DNA of 64,000 bases from an uncultured Acidobacteriota bacterium (lineage in GTDB: Bacteria > Acidobacteriota > Thermoanaerobaculia > Multivoradales > UBA5704): the NCBI GenBank assembly GCA_963700145.1, contig OY969474.1, positions 3,168,001-3,232,000 on the forward strand, read 5' to 3'. Shown here piece by piece: positions 12,089 through 22,043 of the stretch. A program made the position numbers and the translations under genes. A model generated the notes under the pieces. It saw only the letters and a list, made by a program, of their open reading frames with translations. It searched no databases and had not been told where the DNA came from. Numbering within the stretch: the stretch's first letter is position 1; every line of letters starts with the position of its first letter.

Positions 12089-13819
12089 TCACTTGCGGAC
12101 TTCGGGGACCTGCTCGACGTCGATGCTGACGGAGTCATCCCTCAGACCGGAGGCGGTGTAGACCGCGGTCACGGTCAGCGGGACGTCGCTGACGATCTCC
12201 AGGAAGCCGACGGTGAGCGGACCGTTGAGGCTCACCGGCTGCTTGAGCAGCTCGGCGAGGCGGCAGCAGTCGTCCATCGTCGCCGTGCGCGGCGGCAGCT
12301 CGATCTTGTCGCGGGCCATCTCCTTGCCGTGGCGCGGCTCGCGCCCGATGGGCTCTCCCTTGACGACCACCGGGACGACGTGCTTCTCGATCACCGCGGC
12401 GGAGCAGTGGCCGTTGTAGATGTTGATCTCGGTGGCGTAGCGGCCGGGCCGGAGCGGGCTGCAGCGCTCGTCCGACGTCTCGTTGAGGCCGCAGACGAAC
12501 TTGGCCGTGTAGTGGTAGCGGCACTTGGGGATCGTGATCTTGGTGGGCTTCTTCGCCACCACGACCTTGTCCATCACGACGTCGATGGATCCCGTGAAGA
12601 CCTGGTCGCGCAGCGCGCAGCGCTCGGCGCCGCGCTCGAACACGACCTCGAACGTGAGCGTGTGCGCCTTGGTCGGGTCCAGCGGCCCGAAGCCGCCGGC
12701 GGGCGTGATCGAGGTCACGAACGGGGCGATGGCGCCGGAGGGCACCAGGCTCACGTTCTGGATCTGGATGGCCTTGATCAGCGCGTCGAGGATCGTGGTC
12801 GCGACGGCCGACGGGTCGATGTTGGTGGACAGCGAGCCGCCGCTGGCGGCGGTAATGCTCGTGGCTTGGCCGGAGAGGCCGTTGCTGGGGCAGCCGGGGT
12901 AACCATCGGTGCTGGCCCCATCCAGACCGGTGCTGCCGGTGTTGACCGAGATGGCCAGGACCGCGATGCCGCCGGGCTGGTTCGGCGCGACGACCGCTTG
13001 GAGAGCGGAGATCACCGTCGCCCGGGTGATGTTGAAGCCGCCGCCCCATACCGCGGGGCAGATCGGCTCATGGCCCGGAGCGTCCCCGAACCAGACGATG
13101 AACTTGATGGCTCCCGGGCGCCAGCCGGCGACGCTCGCCACCTGCTGCAGGCCGTACAGGTTGGCTTCGGGGGTATCGGCCCCGCCGCCGGCCGACCAGT
13201 TGTTGATGGCGTTGGTGACGGCCGCCTGGCTGGCGGTGATCACCTGCTGGTTCTGGAAGGCCGCCGCATCGGTGAAGTCCCGGTAGTTGCCCACCCCGAA
13301 CTGGATGTCGAGGCCCATCCCCAGCAGGGTGTTCATGATCGCGCTCGCGCCCGCCTGCACGTTCGCGATCGCGGAGCCCATGCTGCCGGTGTTGTCGGCG
13401 AGGAAGTAGACGTCGACCCTCTCGCCGATGGCCTGGGCCGGGATCGAGACCTTGATCTTCTCCCGGAAGCCGCACTCGGTGAGCTGAATGTCGTTGACCT
13501 TGGGATCGATCTTGACGAGCTTGTCGAAGATCCCCTTCGGCAGATCGACCTTGAACGGGGGCACGGCGAAGAAAGCCCTGCCTTCCACCCGCGCCAGCTT
13601 CGTCAGGTCGACGTGCTTGCCCGCCGCGTCCAGGACGATCGTCGCGTGGGACGCGTTCGGCTGGTCGGCCGGCCGGACCGTGAACCGGTGGAGGGTCTGC
13701 TTGGAGGAGGGAACAGTATCGGTCTCCTCCGCGACGATCTCCGGCTTCTTGCCCTCGAGCTGCTTGGCGAGCGACTCGAGGGCCTTGGCGCGCAACGCCT
13801 TGATGTCTACCTTGGCCAT
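12089..13819 (-). CDS. von Willebrand factor A (VWA) domain protein with Cys-containing C-terminal domain
   Basis: DVYFLADNTGSM (MIDAS), GGADTPEANLYGL, WRPGAIKFIVWFGDAPGHE; ATG after AAGGAAAG. Confidence 0.85.
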   Translation of the reverse strand: MAKVDIKALRAKALESLAKQLEGKKPEIVAEETDTVPSSKQTLHRFTVRPADQPNASHATIVLDAAGKHVDLTKLARVEGRAFFAVPPFKVDLPKGIFDKLVKIDPKVNDIQLTECGFREKIKVSIPAQAIGERVDVYFLADNTGSMGSAIANVQAGASAIMNTLLGMGLDIQFGVGNYRDFTDAAAFQNQQVITASQAAVTNAINNWSAGGGADTPEANLYGLQQVASVAGWRPGAIKFIVWFGDAPGHEPICPAVWGGGFNITRATVISALQAVVAPNQPGGIAVLAISVNTGSTGLDGASTDGYPGCPSNGLSGQATSITAASGGSLSTNIDPSAVATTILDALIKAIQIQNVSLVPSGAIAPFVTSITPAGGFGPLDPTKAHTLTFEVVFERGAERCALRDQVFTGSIDVVMDKVVVAKKPTKITIPKCRYHYTAKFVCGLNETSDERCSPLRPGRYATEINIYNGHCSAAVIEKHVVPVVVKGEPIGREPRHGKEMARDKIELPPRTATMDDCCRLAELLKQPVSLNGPLTVGFLEIVSDVPLTVTAVYTASGLRDDSVSIDVEQVPEVRK

Positions 13820-13948
13820 CGTTCTTTCCTTTCGGCGATCGCGCGGAGCTCGGCCCATCCGGCTCTGCAGCGACCTCCAGAAAGGGCATTCGCGGCCCGC
13901 GCCGGCTTTCTGACACGGGAGCCTGCTGGAGCGAGCGGTAGAAGCGCG

Positions 13949-15343
13949 TCAGTGCGTCTGCAGCCAGCTCAGGATCGCCTGCCAGCTCAGGGACTCGGCG
14001 TTGGCGGCGGTGAAGAGGTCGCCGTGGCCGAAGTCGAAGAGGCGGGTTGCCGGGGGCTCGAGGTCGACGAGATGGACCTGGACGTCCGTGCTGCCCAGAA
14101 GCGTCGTCGTGTAGACCCCGAACTCGCCGAAGCCGCCGCCGCCGCCGACGTAGAGGACCGGGACCGTGATCTCGCCCAGGTGGTCGTCGAATGCCACGTC
14201 GGTCTCGTCGCAGAGCACGCGGTCGCCGTCGACGACCTCCTGCTCGGGCTGGAAGGGGGAGGCGCCGGTCAGGAAGTCGAACCACAGGGCCTCGTCCGTG
14301 TAGAGCAGCCCCGTGGGGACGCCGAATTCGTCGAACGTGCCGGCCGTGAAGTGGTAGACGGGCACGATCTGCTGGTCCGGTGGGAAGAGGGCGAAGGTCG
14401 CTGCGCCCAGCAGGAGGGCCGCCTGGCGATTGGTCAGGCCGGGGAAGACCGGCGAGGGGTCGTTCGGCGCCGCCTTGGCGAGCTGGCCGAGCGTGATGAC
14501 CAGGACGCCGATCGTGCTCTGGTAGGTCCCGCCGTCGATCAGCGCCTGCCCCGCGTCCGCCCGCGTGCAGGCCGCCTCCCGCAGCTCCTCGACGGCGGTC
14601 TTCAGAAAGATGTCTACCGGGATGAACCCGGCCGCGTTGCGCAGCCCTGGCGGCACCTGCGTCTCGGCGTTGAGATAGGCGTAGCCGATATGGCCGCCGC
14701 GGCTCCAGCCCAGCAGGTGGACGCGGCCGTGGCCCTCGCCCGTGCGGGTGCGCACGGCGCGCGCCAGGGCCAGGGCGAGCCCGACGTCGCGCGCGTCGCG
14801 CTCCATCCCCCAGCCGGCGAAGAACGAGAAGTCGGTGGTCGAGGCCGGTACGAAGCTCCAGCCGAGATCGATGCCCCAGACGTCGACGCCGTTCTGCGCC
14901 AGGAAGACCGGCAGGGCGCGGTCGTCGGGCGCGGCGGGCGAGTCGACGTTGGCAAGGAAGGCGGCGTCGAAGCCCCAGACGTCGCCGTGGGTCATGAGCA
15001 CGGGCGGCCCGGTGGGCGCGAGCTCGTAAGGCGCGGTCTCCTGGACCACCCGGTGGATGCCGATCGAGTCGAACGCGCCCGGCCCGGTCGCGAGCCGGAA
15101 GGCGTACTCGGCGATGCCGGGGACGATCTCGCGGCGGGTGAAGGCGGAGACGGTGCAGTCGCCCTCCAAGGCCGGCAGGGTGCCGGCGAAGAACGTCTGC
15201 ACCTGCACGCAGGCGAGCGCGGCGGCGTGCTCGACGTCGGACTGCCACCGCTCGGCAGGCGTGGGCGCCTGGGCCGCGGCGGCGGCCGGCAGGACGGCGA
15301 GACCGAGGGCGAGGAGCAGGCTGTGCGTGGTCACGGCTCTCAT
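13949..15343 (-). CDS. Secreted alpha/beta hydrolase
   Basis: Signal peptide; LMTHG, GVDVWGID, nucleophile elbow GWSRGG, C-terminal FGHGDL. Confidence 0.85.
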   Translation of the reverse strand: MRAVTTHSLLLALGLAVLPAAAAAQAPTPAERWQSDVEHAAALACVQVQTFFAGTLPALEGDCTVSAFTRREIVPGIAEYAFRLATGPGAFDSIGIHRVVQETAPYELAPTGPPVLMTHGDVWGFDAAFLANVDSPAAPDDRALPVFLAQNGVDVWGIDLGWSFVPASTTDFSFFAGWGMERDARDVGLALALARAVRTRTGEGHGRVHLLGWSRGGHIGYAYLNAETQVPPGLRNAAGFIPVDIFLKTAVEELREAACTRADAGQALIDGGTYQSTIGVLVITLGQLAKAAPNDPSPVFPGLTNRQAALLLGAATFALFPPDQQIVPVYHFTAGTFDEFGVPTGLLYTDEALWFDFLTGASPFQPEQEVVDGDRVLCDETDVAFDDHLGEITVPVLYVGGGGGFGEFGVYTTTLLGSTDVQVHLVDLEPPATRLFDFGHGDLFTAANAESLSWQAILSWLQTH

Positions 15344-15524
15344 CGGCGTCCACCTCCTGTTGCTTAGATAGTGCATGCAGACGCCGCAACGGCGACAGTC
15401 GCCCGTGAGCGGCTAGGCGCCGCCGCTCGTCCCGCAGCGAGCATCCTCTGGTCCTGTTCCGCCGACTGCTGGAGTAGCTCCAGAAGCTCCCGCTTCGCCC
15501 GCACGAACTAGCTTCGGCCGGTAG

Positions 15525-15705
15525 GAGCTCAGCTTCGACCTCGACGTCGTCTTCGAGACCTCGGCGGAGAACCGTGCGCGCCTCCTCGCGGCCCTCGAGG
15601 AGATCGACGCCGTCTACCTCGACCCGCTCGACCGCCGCATCCCGCCGACCGACGAGCGCCTCCAGGCCCACCGTCTCAACCTCTTCACGACTCGCCTCGG
15701 CCACG
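15525..15705 (+). pseudogene. Internal fragment of a nucleotidyltransferase (TA-associated type)
   Basis: Reads FDLDVVFETSAENRARLLAALEEIDAVYLDPLDRRIPPTDERLQAHRLNLFTTRLG; in-frame TAG at 15522 upstream and no start codon. Confidence 0.55.
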
Positions 15706-15735
15706 CCGGCAGCGGTGAACCTCTCGCGCGGCGCC

Positions 15736-18369
15736 CTATTCGGCCACCAGGGCCTCGAGCGGCGAGACCCGCGCCGCGCTGCGGCCGGGGAGCCAGCAGG
15801 CGAAGAGAGCGGCGCCGAGCAGGCCCGCCGCGACGGCGGCGAGCGTCAGCGGGTCGGCCGCGCCGACGCCGAAGAGCAACGCCTGGAGCAGGCGCACCTC
15901 CAGCACCGCAAGTAGGAGGCCCAGCGCCAGCCCCGCGACCGCGACGCCCATGCCGCGCCGGACGATCATCCAGGTCACCGACTGCGGCCCGGCGCCGAGG
16001 GCGATCCGCACGCCGATCTCGCGCCGGCGCTGCCGCACCGAGTAAGACATCAAGGCGAAGACACCGATCGACGCGAGCAGGACCGCCGTCGCGCCGAAGG
16101 CGCCGACGATGGCGGTCCAGCGCCGGGGGTCCGCCAGCTCCCCCGCCAGCCGCTCCGCCAGCGTCGCCTGTGCCACCGGGAGATCGGGGTCGAGCCGGCG
16201 CACGACCTCGCGCAGCGCGGCCAGGGTCTCGGCCGTCGTCCCCCGGCCGCGCGCCACGAGGTGCCCGTCCCGCGGCCCGCCCTGCGCGAACGGCAGGTAC
16301 ACCGCCTCGCCGGCGTTCTCGAGGCCGAGGTACTTGACGTCGCCCACCACGCCGACGATCGTCGTCCGCGGACACTCCACGCAGCCGCCCTCGATCATCT
16401 GCCGGCCGACCGGCGACTCGCCCGGGTAGAACCGCCGCGCCCAGGACTCGGTAACGATAGCCACCGGCGGCGCCTCGGCGGTGTCGCCGACGCGGAACGC
16501 TCGGCCGTCGACGAGCGGCACGCCGAGTGCCGCGAAGTAGCCGTTCGTCGCGTAGACCCACGGCGAGGTGGGCTGCGAGGCGCCCGCCGGCACCGGGCGG
16601 TCCACCAGGTCGAAGTTGTTCTCGTTGCCGGGCTGGCTCGGCGGCAGCTCCGTCGACAGCCCGAACGCTTCGATGCCGCCGAGCTCGGCGACGAGCGCTT
16701 CGGCGCGCCGCCAGAACGCCGGCGTCGCCTCGTCGGGGTGGCGGGCCTCCGGCAGCGCGACCGACGTGGTCACGACCCCGGCCGCATCGAACCCCGGATC
16801 GACCCGCTGGAGCCGCAGGAAGCTGTTGAGCAGCAGCCCCGCGCCGAGGAGCAGCGGCAGCGCCAGCGCGAACTCCGCCATCACGAGAGCCGTGCGCACG
16901 GCGTGCGTGCCGCGGCCCGGTCCGACGCGCCGGTCGCCGGCGCCGAGCCCCGCGGCGCGCCCGGGCCGGAGCGCCGCGAAGAGCGGCGGCAGGCTTACCA
17001 GGACGCCGACCGCGAGCGTCGCCGCGGCGATGAACGCGAGCGCGCGCCAATCGAGCCCGACCTCGGCCTGCCGCGGCAGGTACGGCGCCAGCGCCCCGGC
17101 CAAGCGCACGCCGAGCGCGGCGACGAGCAGGCCGGCGAGACCCGCGAAAGACGTCAGGGTCAGCCCCTCGACGAGCACCATCCGCACCAGCCGGGCGCGC
17201 GGCGCCCCGAGCGCGACGCGGACGGCGAGCTCCTGGGCGCGCGCCGAGGCGCGGACGAGGACGAGTGTGGCGACGTTGGCGACGGCGATGAGGAGGACGA
17301 GCGCGACGGCGGCGGCGAACAGCCCGAGGCTCCTGCCGGCGTCGCCCACGAGCGCCTCGCGCAGCGGCACCGGCGTGAAGCGCGCGTCGCGATCCTGGAA
17401 CCCGGCCGCCCAGAGCGGGAAGATCCGCTCGCTGATGCCCGCGAGGTCGCGCCCCGCCTCGGCCAGGGTGACGTCCTCCTTCAGGCGCGCGATGCCGCGG
17501 ATCCAGAACGGTCCGCGCCGGGTCGGCGTCTCCATCTGGACCGCGGGCCAGAGGCCGAGGTCCCAGCCGGCCAGGCCGGCCGCCGCCGCCGGGCCCCCGG
17601 GCAGGACGCCGACGACCTCGTGGCTCCTGCCGTCGAGCGTGACCGCCCGCCCCAACGCCGCGCGCGCGCCGCCGAACAGCTCTCCGGCGAGCGCGTGCGA
17701 CAGCACGACGACCGGCGGCGCGCCGAGCGCCTCGTCGCGCGGTTGGATCAGTCGGCCCACGGCGGGGACGACGCCGAGCGCCTGGAAGAATCCGGTCGTC
17801 ACGCGGCCCGCGTAGACCAGCTGCGGCTCGCCCGCCCCCGACAGCGCCATCGTGGCGAGCTGGACCCCGCCGAAGGCGTCGAAGCTCCGCTGCTGGTCGC
17901 GGATCGCCTGGAAGTCGACCGTCGAGAGGTTCCCGAAATTCCGCGTCACCCGCGGGTAGACGCGCACCAGCCGGTCGGCGTGGGGGTGCGGCAGCGGCGC
18001 CAGAACCACCGCGTCCACCACCGCGAACGAGGCCGCGGTCGCCCCGATCCCGACGCCCAGGACCAGCACCGCGCCGCAGGCGAAGCCGGGGTTGCGCCGC
18101 AGCCCGCGCAGCGCGTGGCGCACGTCGGCGGCGAAGTCCTGGAGGGGGCGCACGCCGGTGGCGTCGCGGACCTCCTCCTGGAAGCGCTCGGCGCCGCCGA
18201 AGGCGAGCGCCGCCTCGCGCCGCGCCGCGTCCGGGCTCGCGCCCCGCCGGCCGCGCTCCTCGGCCTCCCGCTCGACGTGGAAGCGCATCTCCTCCTCGAG
18301 CTCGCGCCGGTGCCGCCGCGGGAAGAGCAGCGCGCGCAGCCGCTCGGAGAGGTCGGAGAGCGCGCTCAC
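15736..18369 (-). CDS. ADOP-family duplicated ABC permease (MacB/FtsX domains)
   Basis: RRELEEEMRFH...AFGG...ALRGLRRNPGF; duplicated ELAVRVALGA / REIGVRIALGA; GTG start overlaps the PadR stop. Confidence 0.93.
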   Translation of the reverse strand: MSALSDLSERLRALLFPRRHRRELEEEMRFHVEREAEERGRRGASPDAARREAALAFGGAERFQEEVRDATGVRPLQDFAADVRHALRGLRRNPGFACGAVLVLGVGIGATAASFAVVDAVVLAPLPHPHADRLVRVYPRVTRNFGNLSTVDFQAIRDQQRSFDAFGGVQLATMALSGAGEPQLVYAGRVTTGFFQALGVVPAVGRLIQPRDEALGAPPVVVLSHALAGELFGGARAALGRAVTLDGRSHEVVGVLPGGPAAAAGLAGWDLGLWPAVQMETPTRRGPFWIRGIARLKEDVTLAEAGRDLAGISERIFPLWAAGFQDRDARFTPVPLREALVGDAGRSLGLFAAAVALVLLIAVANVATLVLVRASARAQELAVRVALGAPRARLVRMVLVEGLTLTSFAGLAGLLVAALGVRLAGALAPYLPRQAEVGLDWRALAFIAAATLAVGVLVSLPPLFAALRPGRAAGLGAGDRRVGPGRGTHAVRTALVMAEFALALPLLLGAGLLLNSFLRLQRVDPGFDAAGVVTTSVALPEARHPDEATPAFWRRAEALVAELGGIEAFGLSTELPPSQPGNENNFDLVDRPVPAGASQPTSPWVYATNGYFAALGVPLVDGRAFRVGDTAEAPPVAIVTESWARRFYPGESPVGRQMIEGGCVECPRTTIVGVVGDVKYLGLENAGEAVYLPFAQGGPRDGHLVARGRGTTAETLAALREVVRRLDPDLPVAQATLAERLAGELADPRRWTAIVGAFGATAVLLASIGVFALMSYSVRQRRREIGVRIALGAGPQSVTWMIVRRGMGVAVAGLALGLLLAVLEVRLLQALLFGVGAADPLTLAAVAAGLLGAALFACWLPGRSAARVSPLEALVAE

Positions 18370-18716
18370 CGCGCCTCCCCGGCGAGCCGGCCGCGCAGGA
18401 TGCCGGCGATGACCTCCACCGTGCGCTCCCAGGCCTCGGTCTCGAGAGCGAGCTGGCGCTCGCCGGCCTTGGTGAGCCGGTAGTAGCGCGCGCGCCGGTT
18501 GTTCTCGCTGGCGCGCCACTCCGCGCGGATCCACCCCTTGCGCAGCATGCGCTGCAGCGCCGGGTAGAGCGATCCCTGCTGCACTGCGAAGGCGCCGCCC
18601 GCGAGCTGCTCGATCCGCTGCCCGATCCCCCAGCCGTGCATCGGCTCGAGCGACAGGGCCTTCAAGGTCAACATCTCGAGCGTGCCCTGCAGGATCTCGG
18701 CGGTTCTGGTCGTCAT
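18366..18716 (-). CDS. PadR family transcriptional regulator (acidobacterial type)
   Basis: LQGTLEMLTLKAL...MHGWGIGQRIEQ...GSLYPALQR...SENNRRARYYRLT. Confidence 0.95.
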   Translation of the reverse strand: MTTRTAEILQGTLEMLTLKALSLEPMHGWGIGQRIEQLAGGAFAVQQGSLYPALQRMLRKGWIRAEWRASENNRRARYYRLTKAGERQLALETEAWERTVEVIAGILRGRLAGEAR

Positions 18717-18725
18717 CGGGCCTCT

Positions 18726-18779
18726 CCTCTAGATGAGCTAGAGGGATGATACACGGCCCTCTTCTAGACGGTCAAGAGG
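18726..18779. promoter_or_regulatory. Two PadR operator-like inverted repeats overlapping a minus-strand promoter
   Basis: CCTCTAG-N5-CTAGAGG (18726-18744, perfect) and CTTCTAG-N5-CAAGAGG (18761-18779); minus-strand TTGACC-18-TATCAT. Confidence 0.7.
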
Positions 18780-18850
18780 AGGCGAGATGCGAGGGGTGGG
18801 CAGGAAGGCGGCGGCCGCTCCGGCGACGGCCGCCGCCTCGGGGGGTCAGC

Positions 18851-20230
18851 TCACTGCGCCGCCGCCACCGCCGCTTCGTAGGCATCGATGTGGCCGGCGC
18901 CGACCTCGAACGCCGCACGGCCCGGCATCGGGTTCGCGGTGCTCGCGAGGATCTGCTTGACCTCCGCCGGCGTCAGCGCCGGGTCGGCCTCGAAGAGCAG
19001 GGCGGCGATGCCGGCCACGTGCGGCGTCGCCATCGAGGTGCCGCTCATGTGCGTGTAGTACGCCACGTGGCCCAGGTCCAGAGAGAGGTCCTGCGGGAGC
19101 GCCAGGACGGGCAGGGCGCCGGTCAGGGCGCGCGTCGAGACGATGTCGACGCCGGTCGCCACCAGGGTCGGCTGGTTGACGTAGGTCCACTGCTGGCCGT
19201 CGGGCATGGTGAAGGTGCCGGACTCGCCCGGGTTGCCGCGCGAGGAGAAGTCGGCGAGCGTGCCGTCCTTGTTCCCGGCGCCGACCGAGACGACCCACGG
19301 CGCCTGGGCGTAGGGATTGTGCGTGTTGGCCCCCGGTCCTTCGTTGCCCGCCGCGAAGATGGACAGGATGCCTTCCTTGAACGCCGCGTAGCTGGCGACG
19401 TTGACCGGATCGGTGGGATCGAAGGCGCCGGAGCTGCCCCAGGAGTTGCTGATCACCCGGATCGGCGCCGCGAAGCGGTTCTCGTTGGCGATCGCGTAGT
19501 CGAAGCCGCCGATCGCGTCGAGGATCGAGATCACCGCGCCCGACCCGTAGCCGACGAGCAGCGAGTCGGTCGCGACGCCGCGGTAGAGGCCGCCGGCCTG
19601 CCCGCCGCTGCCGCCGACGATCCCGGCGCAGTGGGTGCCGTGCCCGGAGCTGATGTCGGAGTTGGGCTGGCCTTCGAGATAGGTCACCGGCAGGATGGTG
19701 ACGACGGCGCTCAGATTGGTCAGCGCCTGCACGTTCTCGACGACGTGGCTGCCGAACGCGAGGTCGCCGTGCGTCGCGTCGATCCCCGAGTCGTTGACCA
19801 GCACCGTGACGCCGGCGCCCGTGTAGCCGAGGTCGGGATCGGCCTGCACGAGGTCCACTCCCGACAGGCGCCGGGCGTCGTCGTTGTAGTAGCTCAACGT
19901 GCTGTTGGCGGTGATCGACAAGACGTCGCCGCGCCGGGCGAGCTGGTTGATGGCGTACGGCGTCGCGAGCGCGCCGACGACCGGCAGCGCCCGGAAGGAG
20001 ATCCCGCGGTTGATCCCCAGGGACTTGAGCGCTTGCACCTGGGCCGCCTGTACCGGGCCCGACTGCCTGTAGGTGACCACGATCTCGAGCTGCTGCAGCG
20101 GCAGCGCCGCGGCCATCTTGCCGGCCAGCTCGGCGCTGATGCGCGCGTCGGCCATCGCGGGGCCGGGCCCCAGAACGGCGGCAAGCGCGAGCGCGACAAA
20201 CACAACCCTGCTGAACGATGGATGGTTCAC
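18851..20230 (-). CDS. Secreted S8 (subtilisin-like) serine peptidase
   Basis: Catalytic motifs NDSGID, HGTHCAG, FAAGN, SGTSMATPHVAG; signal peptide. Confidence 0.95.
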   Translation of the reverse strand: MNHPSFSRVVFVALALAAVLGPGPAMADARISAELAGKMAAALPLQQLEIVVTYRQSGPVQAAQVQALKSLGINRGISFRALPVVGALATPYAINQLARRGDVLSITANSTLSYYNDDARRLSGVDLVQADPDLGYTGAGVTVLVNDSGIDATHGDLAFGSHVVENVQALTNLSAVVTILPVTYLEGQPNSDISSGHGTHCAGIVGGSGGQAGGLYRGVATDSLLVGYGSGAVISILDAIGGFDYAIANENRFAAPIRVISNSWGSSGAFDPTDPVNVASYAAFKEGILSIFAAGNEGPGANTHNPYAQAPWVVSVGAGNKDGTLADFSSRGNPGESGTFTMPDGQQWTYVNQPTLVATGVDIVSTRALTGALPVLALPQDLSLDLGHVAYYTHMSGTSMATPHVAGIAALLFEADPALTPAEVKQILASTANPMPGRAAFEVGAGHIDAYEAAVAAAQ

Positions 20231-20355
20231 GTTCCCCCTCCTTGTTGGGCTCGTCCTTCGTTGACTCCATGAATGCTGGCACCGCGCCGGCGGCGCGGCG
20301 ATGAGGGAAACCCCTCAGGCGGAGGGGGGAATTCACCCATCGCGCCGCGGATAGG

Positions 20356-21519
20356 ATGGAGCGCATGGCGCCCGTGAGGACCCGCCGCGCCCTCCTCTGG
20401 GTGATCGCCGTGAGCCTGGCGGTGATCGCCGCCGCCAGCGCGGCGCTGCTCTGGCTGCGCGTCGAAGAGGAATCCGCCTTCGAGGTGACCGGCGAGGAGC
20501 CGCCCCCGGCAGCGGAGCCCGAGTCGCCGCTCGCCGAGCTCGCCACCGCCATCGGCTTCGACGAGGACGACTGCGGCCGCGACATGCTCTACGCCGCCAC
20601 CGGCGGCATCACCGGCAACGCCGAGGGCGAGAGCCCCGTCGAGAGCCCGCGCGCGCCGTTCTCCCTCAAGTTCAAGGACGAGGTGAGCCCGTACAGCCTG
20701 ATCTCGACCTTCGTGCTCCCGGGCGAGACGCTCGAGGTCGAGGCGGTCTTCACCGACCAGCCGATCGCGCTCGAGGCCTCGGCCGAGGAGGGCGAGCTGG
20801 AGCGCCTGGGCCCCGACCGCTGGCGCTGGACGGCGCCCGAGGAGACCGGCGGCGTGCACTGCCTGGCGGTGCGCGAGGTCGGCTCGGCGCACAGCACCTG
20901 CCTCAACGCCTTCGTGATGGTTCCGTACGCGGGCGAGGAGGAGGTCAACGGCTACCGCGTCGGCCGCTATCAGCCGACGGCGCTGCGCGGCCAGCCGACC
21001 TACGAGCGGCCGCGCGGGCTCGTCGAGGTGACGCGCGAGACCCTCGGCACCTGGGTCTCGCCCCACTTCCGGCTGGCGCAGTTCGTCGGCAAGCAGGAGA
21101 GCGACTATCCCAAGTACCTCGTCCTGCGCACGCGCCTCCTGCTCAAGCTCGAAACGGTGCTCGAAGAGCTGCGCGAGCGCGGCATCGACGCCGACACCCT
21201 CTTCGTGATGAGCGGCTACCGCACGCCCTTCTACAACGCCGCCATCGGCAACACGACCACCTACAGCCGCCACTCCTACGGCGACGCCGCCGACGTCTTC
21301 GTCGACCTCGACGACGACGGCCGGATGGACGACATCAACGGCGACGGCAAGGCCGACCTCGGCGACGCCCTGCTCATCTACGGCATGGTGGAAGAGCTGT
21401 CGAAGGACACCTGGTTCCAGCCCTTCGAAGGCGGCCTCGGCATCTACCCCCCGAACCCCCGCTTCGGCCCCATGGTCCACATGGACACGCGGGGGGAGAA
21501 GGCGCGGTGGAAGGGGTAG
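20356..21519 (+). CDS. Membrane-anchored peptidase M15A (D-Ala-D-Ala carboxypeptidase family)
   Basis: N-terminal TM; SPHFRLAQF, SGYRTPFYN, SRHSYGDAAD, VHMDTRG. Confidence 0.88.
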   Translation: MERMAPVRTRRALLWVIAVSLAVIAAASAALLWLRVEEESAFEVTGEEPPPAAEPESPLAELATAIGFDEDDCGRDMLYAATGGITGNAEGESPVESPRAPFSLKFKDEVSPYSLISTFVLPGETLEVEAVFTDQPIALEASAEEGELERLGPDRWRWTAPEETGGVHCLAVREVGSAHSTCLNAFVMVPYAGEEEVNGYRVGRYQPTALRGQPTYERPRGLVEVTRETLGTWVSPHFRLAQFVGKQESDYPKYLVLRTRLLLKLETVLEELRERGIDADTLFVMSGYRTPFYNAAIGNTTTYSRHSYGDAADVFVDLDDDGRMDDINGDGKADLGDALLIYGMVEELSKDTWFQPFEGGLGIYPPNPRFGPMVHMDTRGEKARWKG

Positions 21520-21548
21520 GGGCCGCAGTCGCCGTGACGGGCGTCGCG

Positions 21549-22031
21549 ATGGACGTCAGAGCCGCCGCAGAAGCCGAGATCGGTCGCTTGGCGAAGATCT
21601 GGCACGAGGCCTGGCACGATGCGCACGCGCGGATCGTGCCGGCGGAGCTGACCCGGCTGCGGACGCTGGAGAGCTTCGAAGACAGGCTCCGGGCGGCGCT
21701 GCCGGACGTGCGCGTCGTCGGCCCGCCGGGCGAGCCCCTCGGGCTCTGCATCGTCAAGGGCGACGAGCTCTACCAGCTCTTCGTCGCGCCGCAAGCCCGC
21801 GGCGCGGGCGTGGCAGCCGCGCTGCTCGCCGACGCGGAGACCCGGCTAGCCGAGCGCGGCGTCGAGACCGCCTGGCTCGCCTGCGCCATCGGCAACGACC
21901 GCGCCGCGAAGTTCTACGAGAAACACGGCTGGCGGCGAGCCGGGACCATGATCAGCCAAGCGGAAACCTCGGCCGGCCCGTTTCCTCTGGAGAGCTGGCG
22001 CTACGAAAAGCCGCTGACGCGCCCGGCCTGA
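21549..22031 (+). CDS. GNAT family N-acetyltransferase
   Basis: LYQLFVAPQARGAGVA...GNDRAAKFYEKHGW. Confidence 0.9.
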   Translation: MDVRAAAEAEIGRLAKIWHEAWHDAHARIVPAELTRLRTLESFEDRLRAALPDVRVVGPPGEPLGLCIVKGDELYQLFVAPQARGAGVAAALLADAETRLAERGVETAWLACAIGNDRAAKFYEKHGWRRAGTMISQAETSAGPFPLESWRYEKPLTRPA

Positions 22032-22043
22032 AGAAGAGCTCGC

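Noticed and set aside
12077-15367. 1096-aa plus-strand ORF and similar long Arg/Ala/Gly-rich ORFs
   Set aside because: Antisense shadows of genuine minus-strand genes.
15736-18779. PadR-ADOP module as a novel system
   Set aside because: Already a described acidobacterial gene pair.
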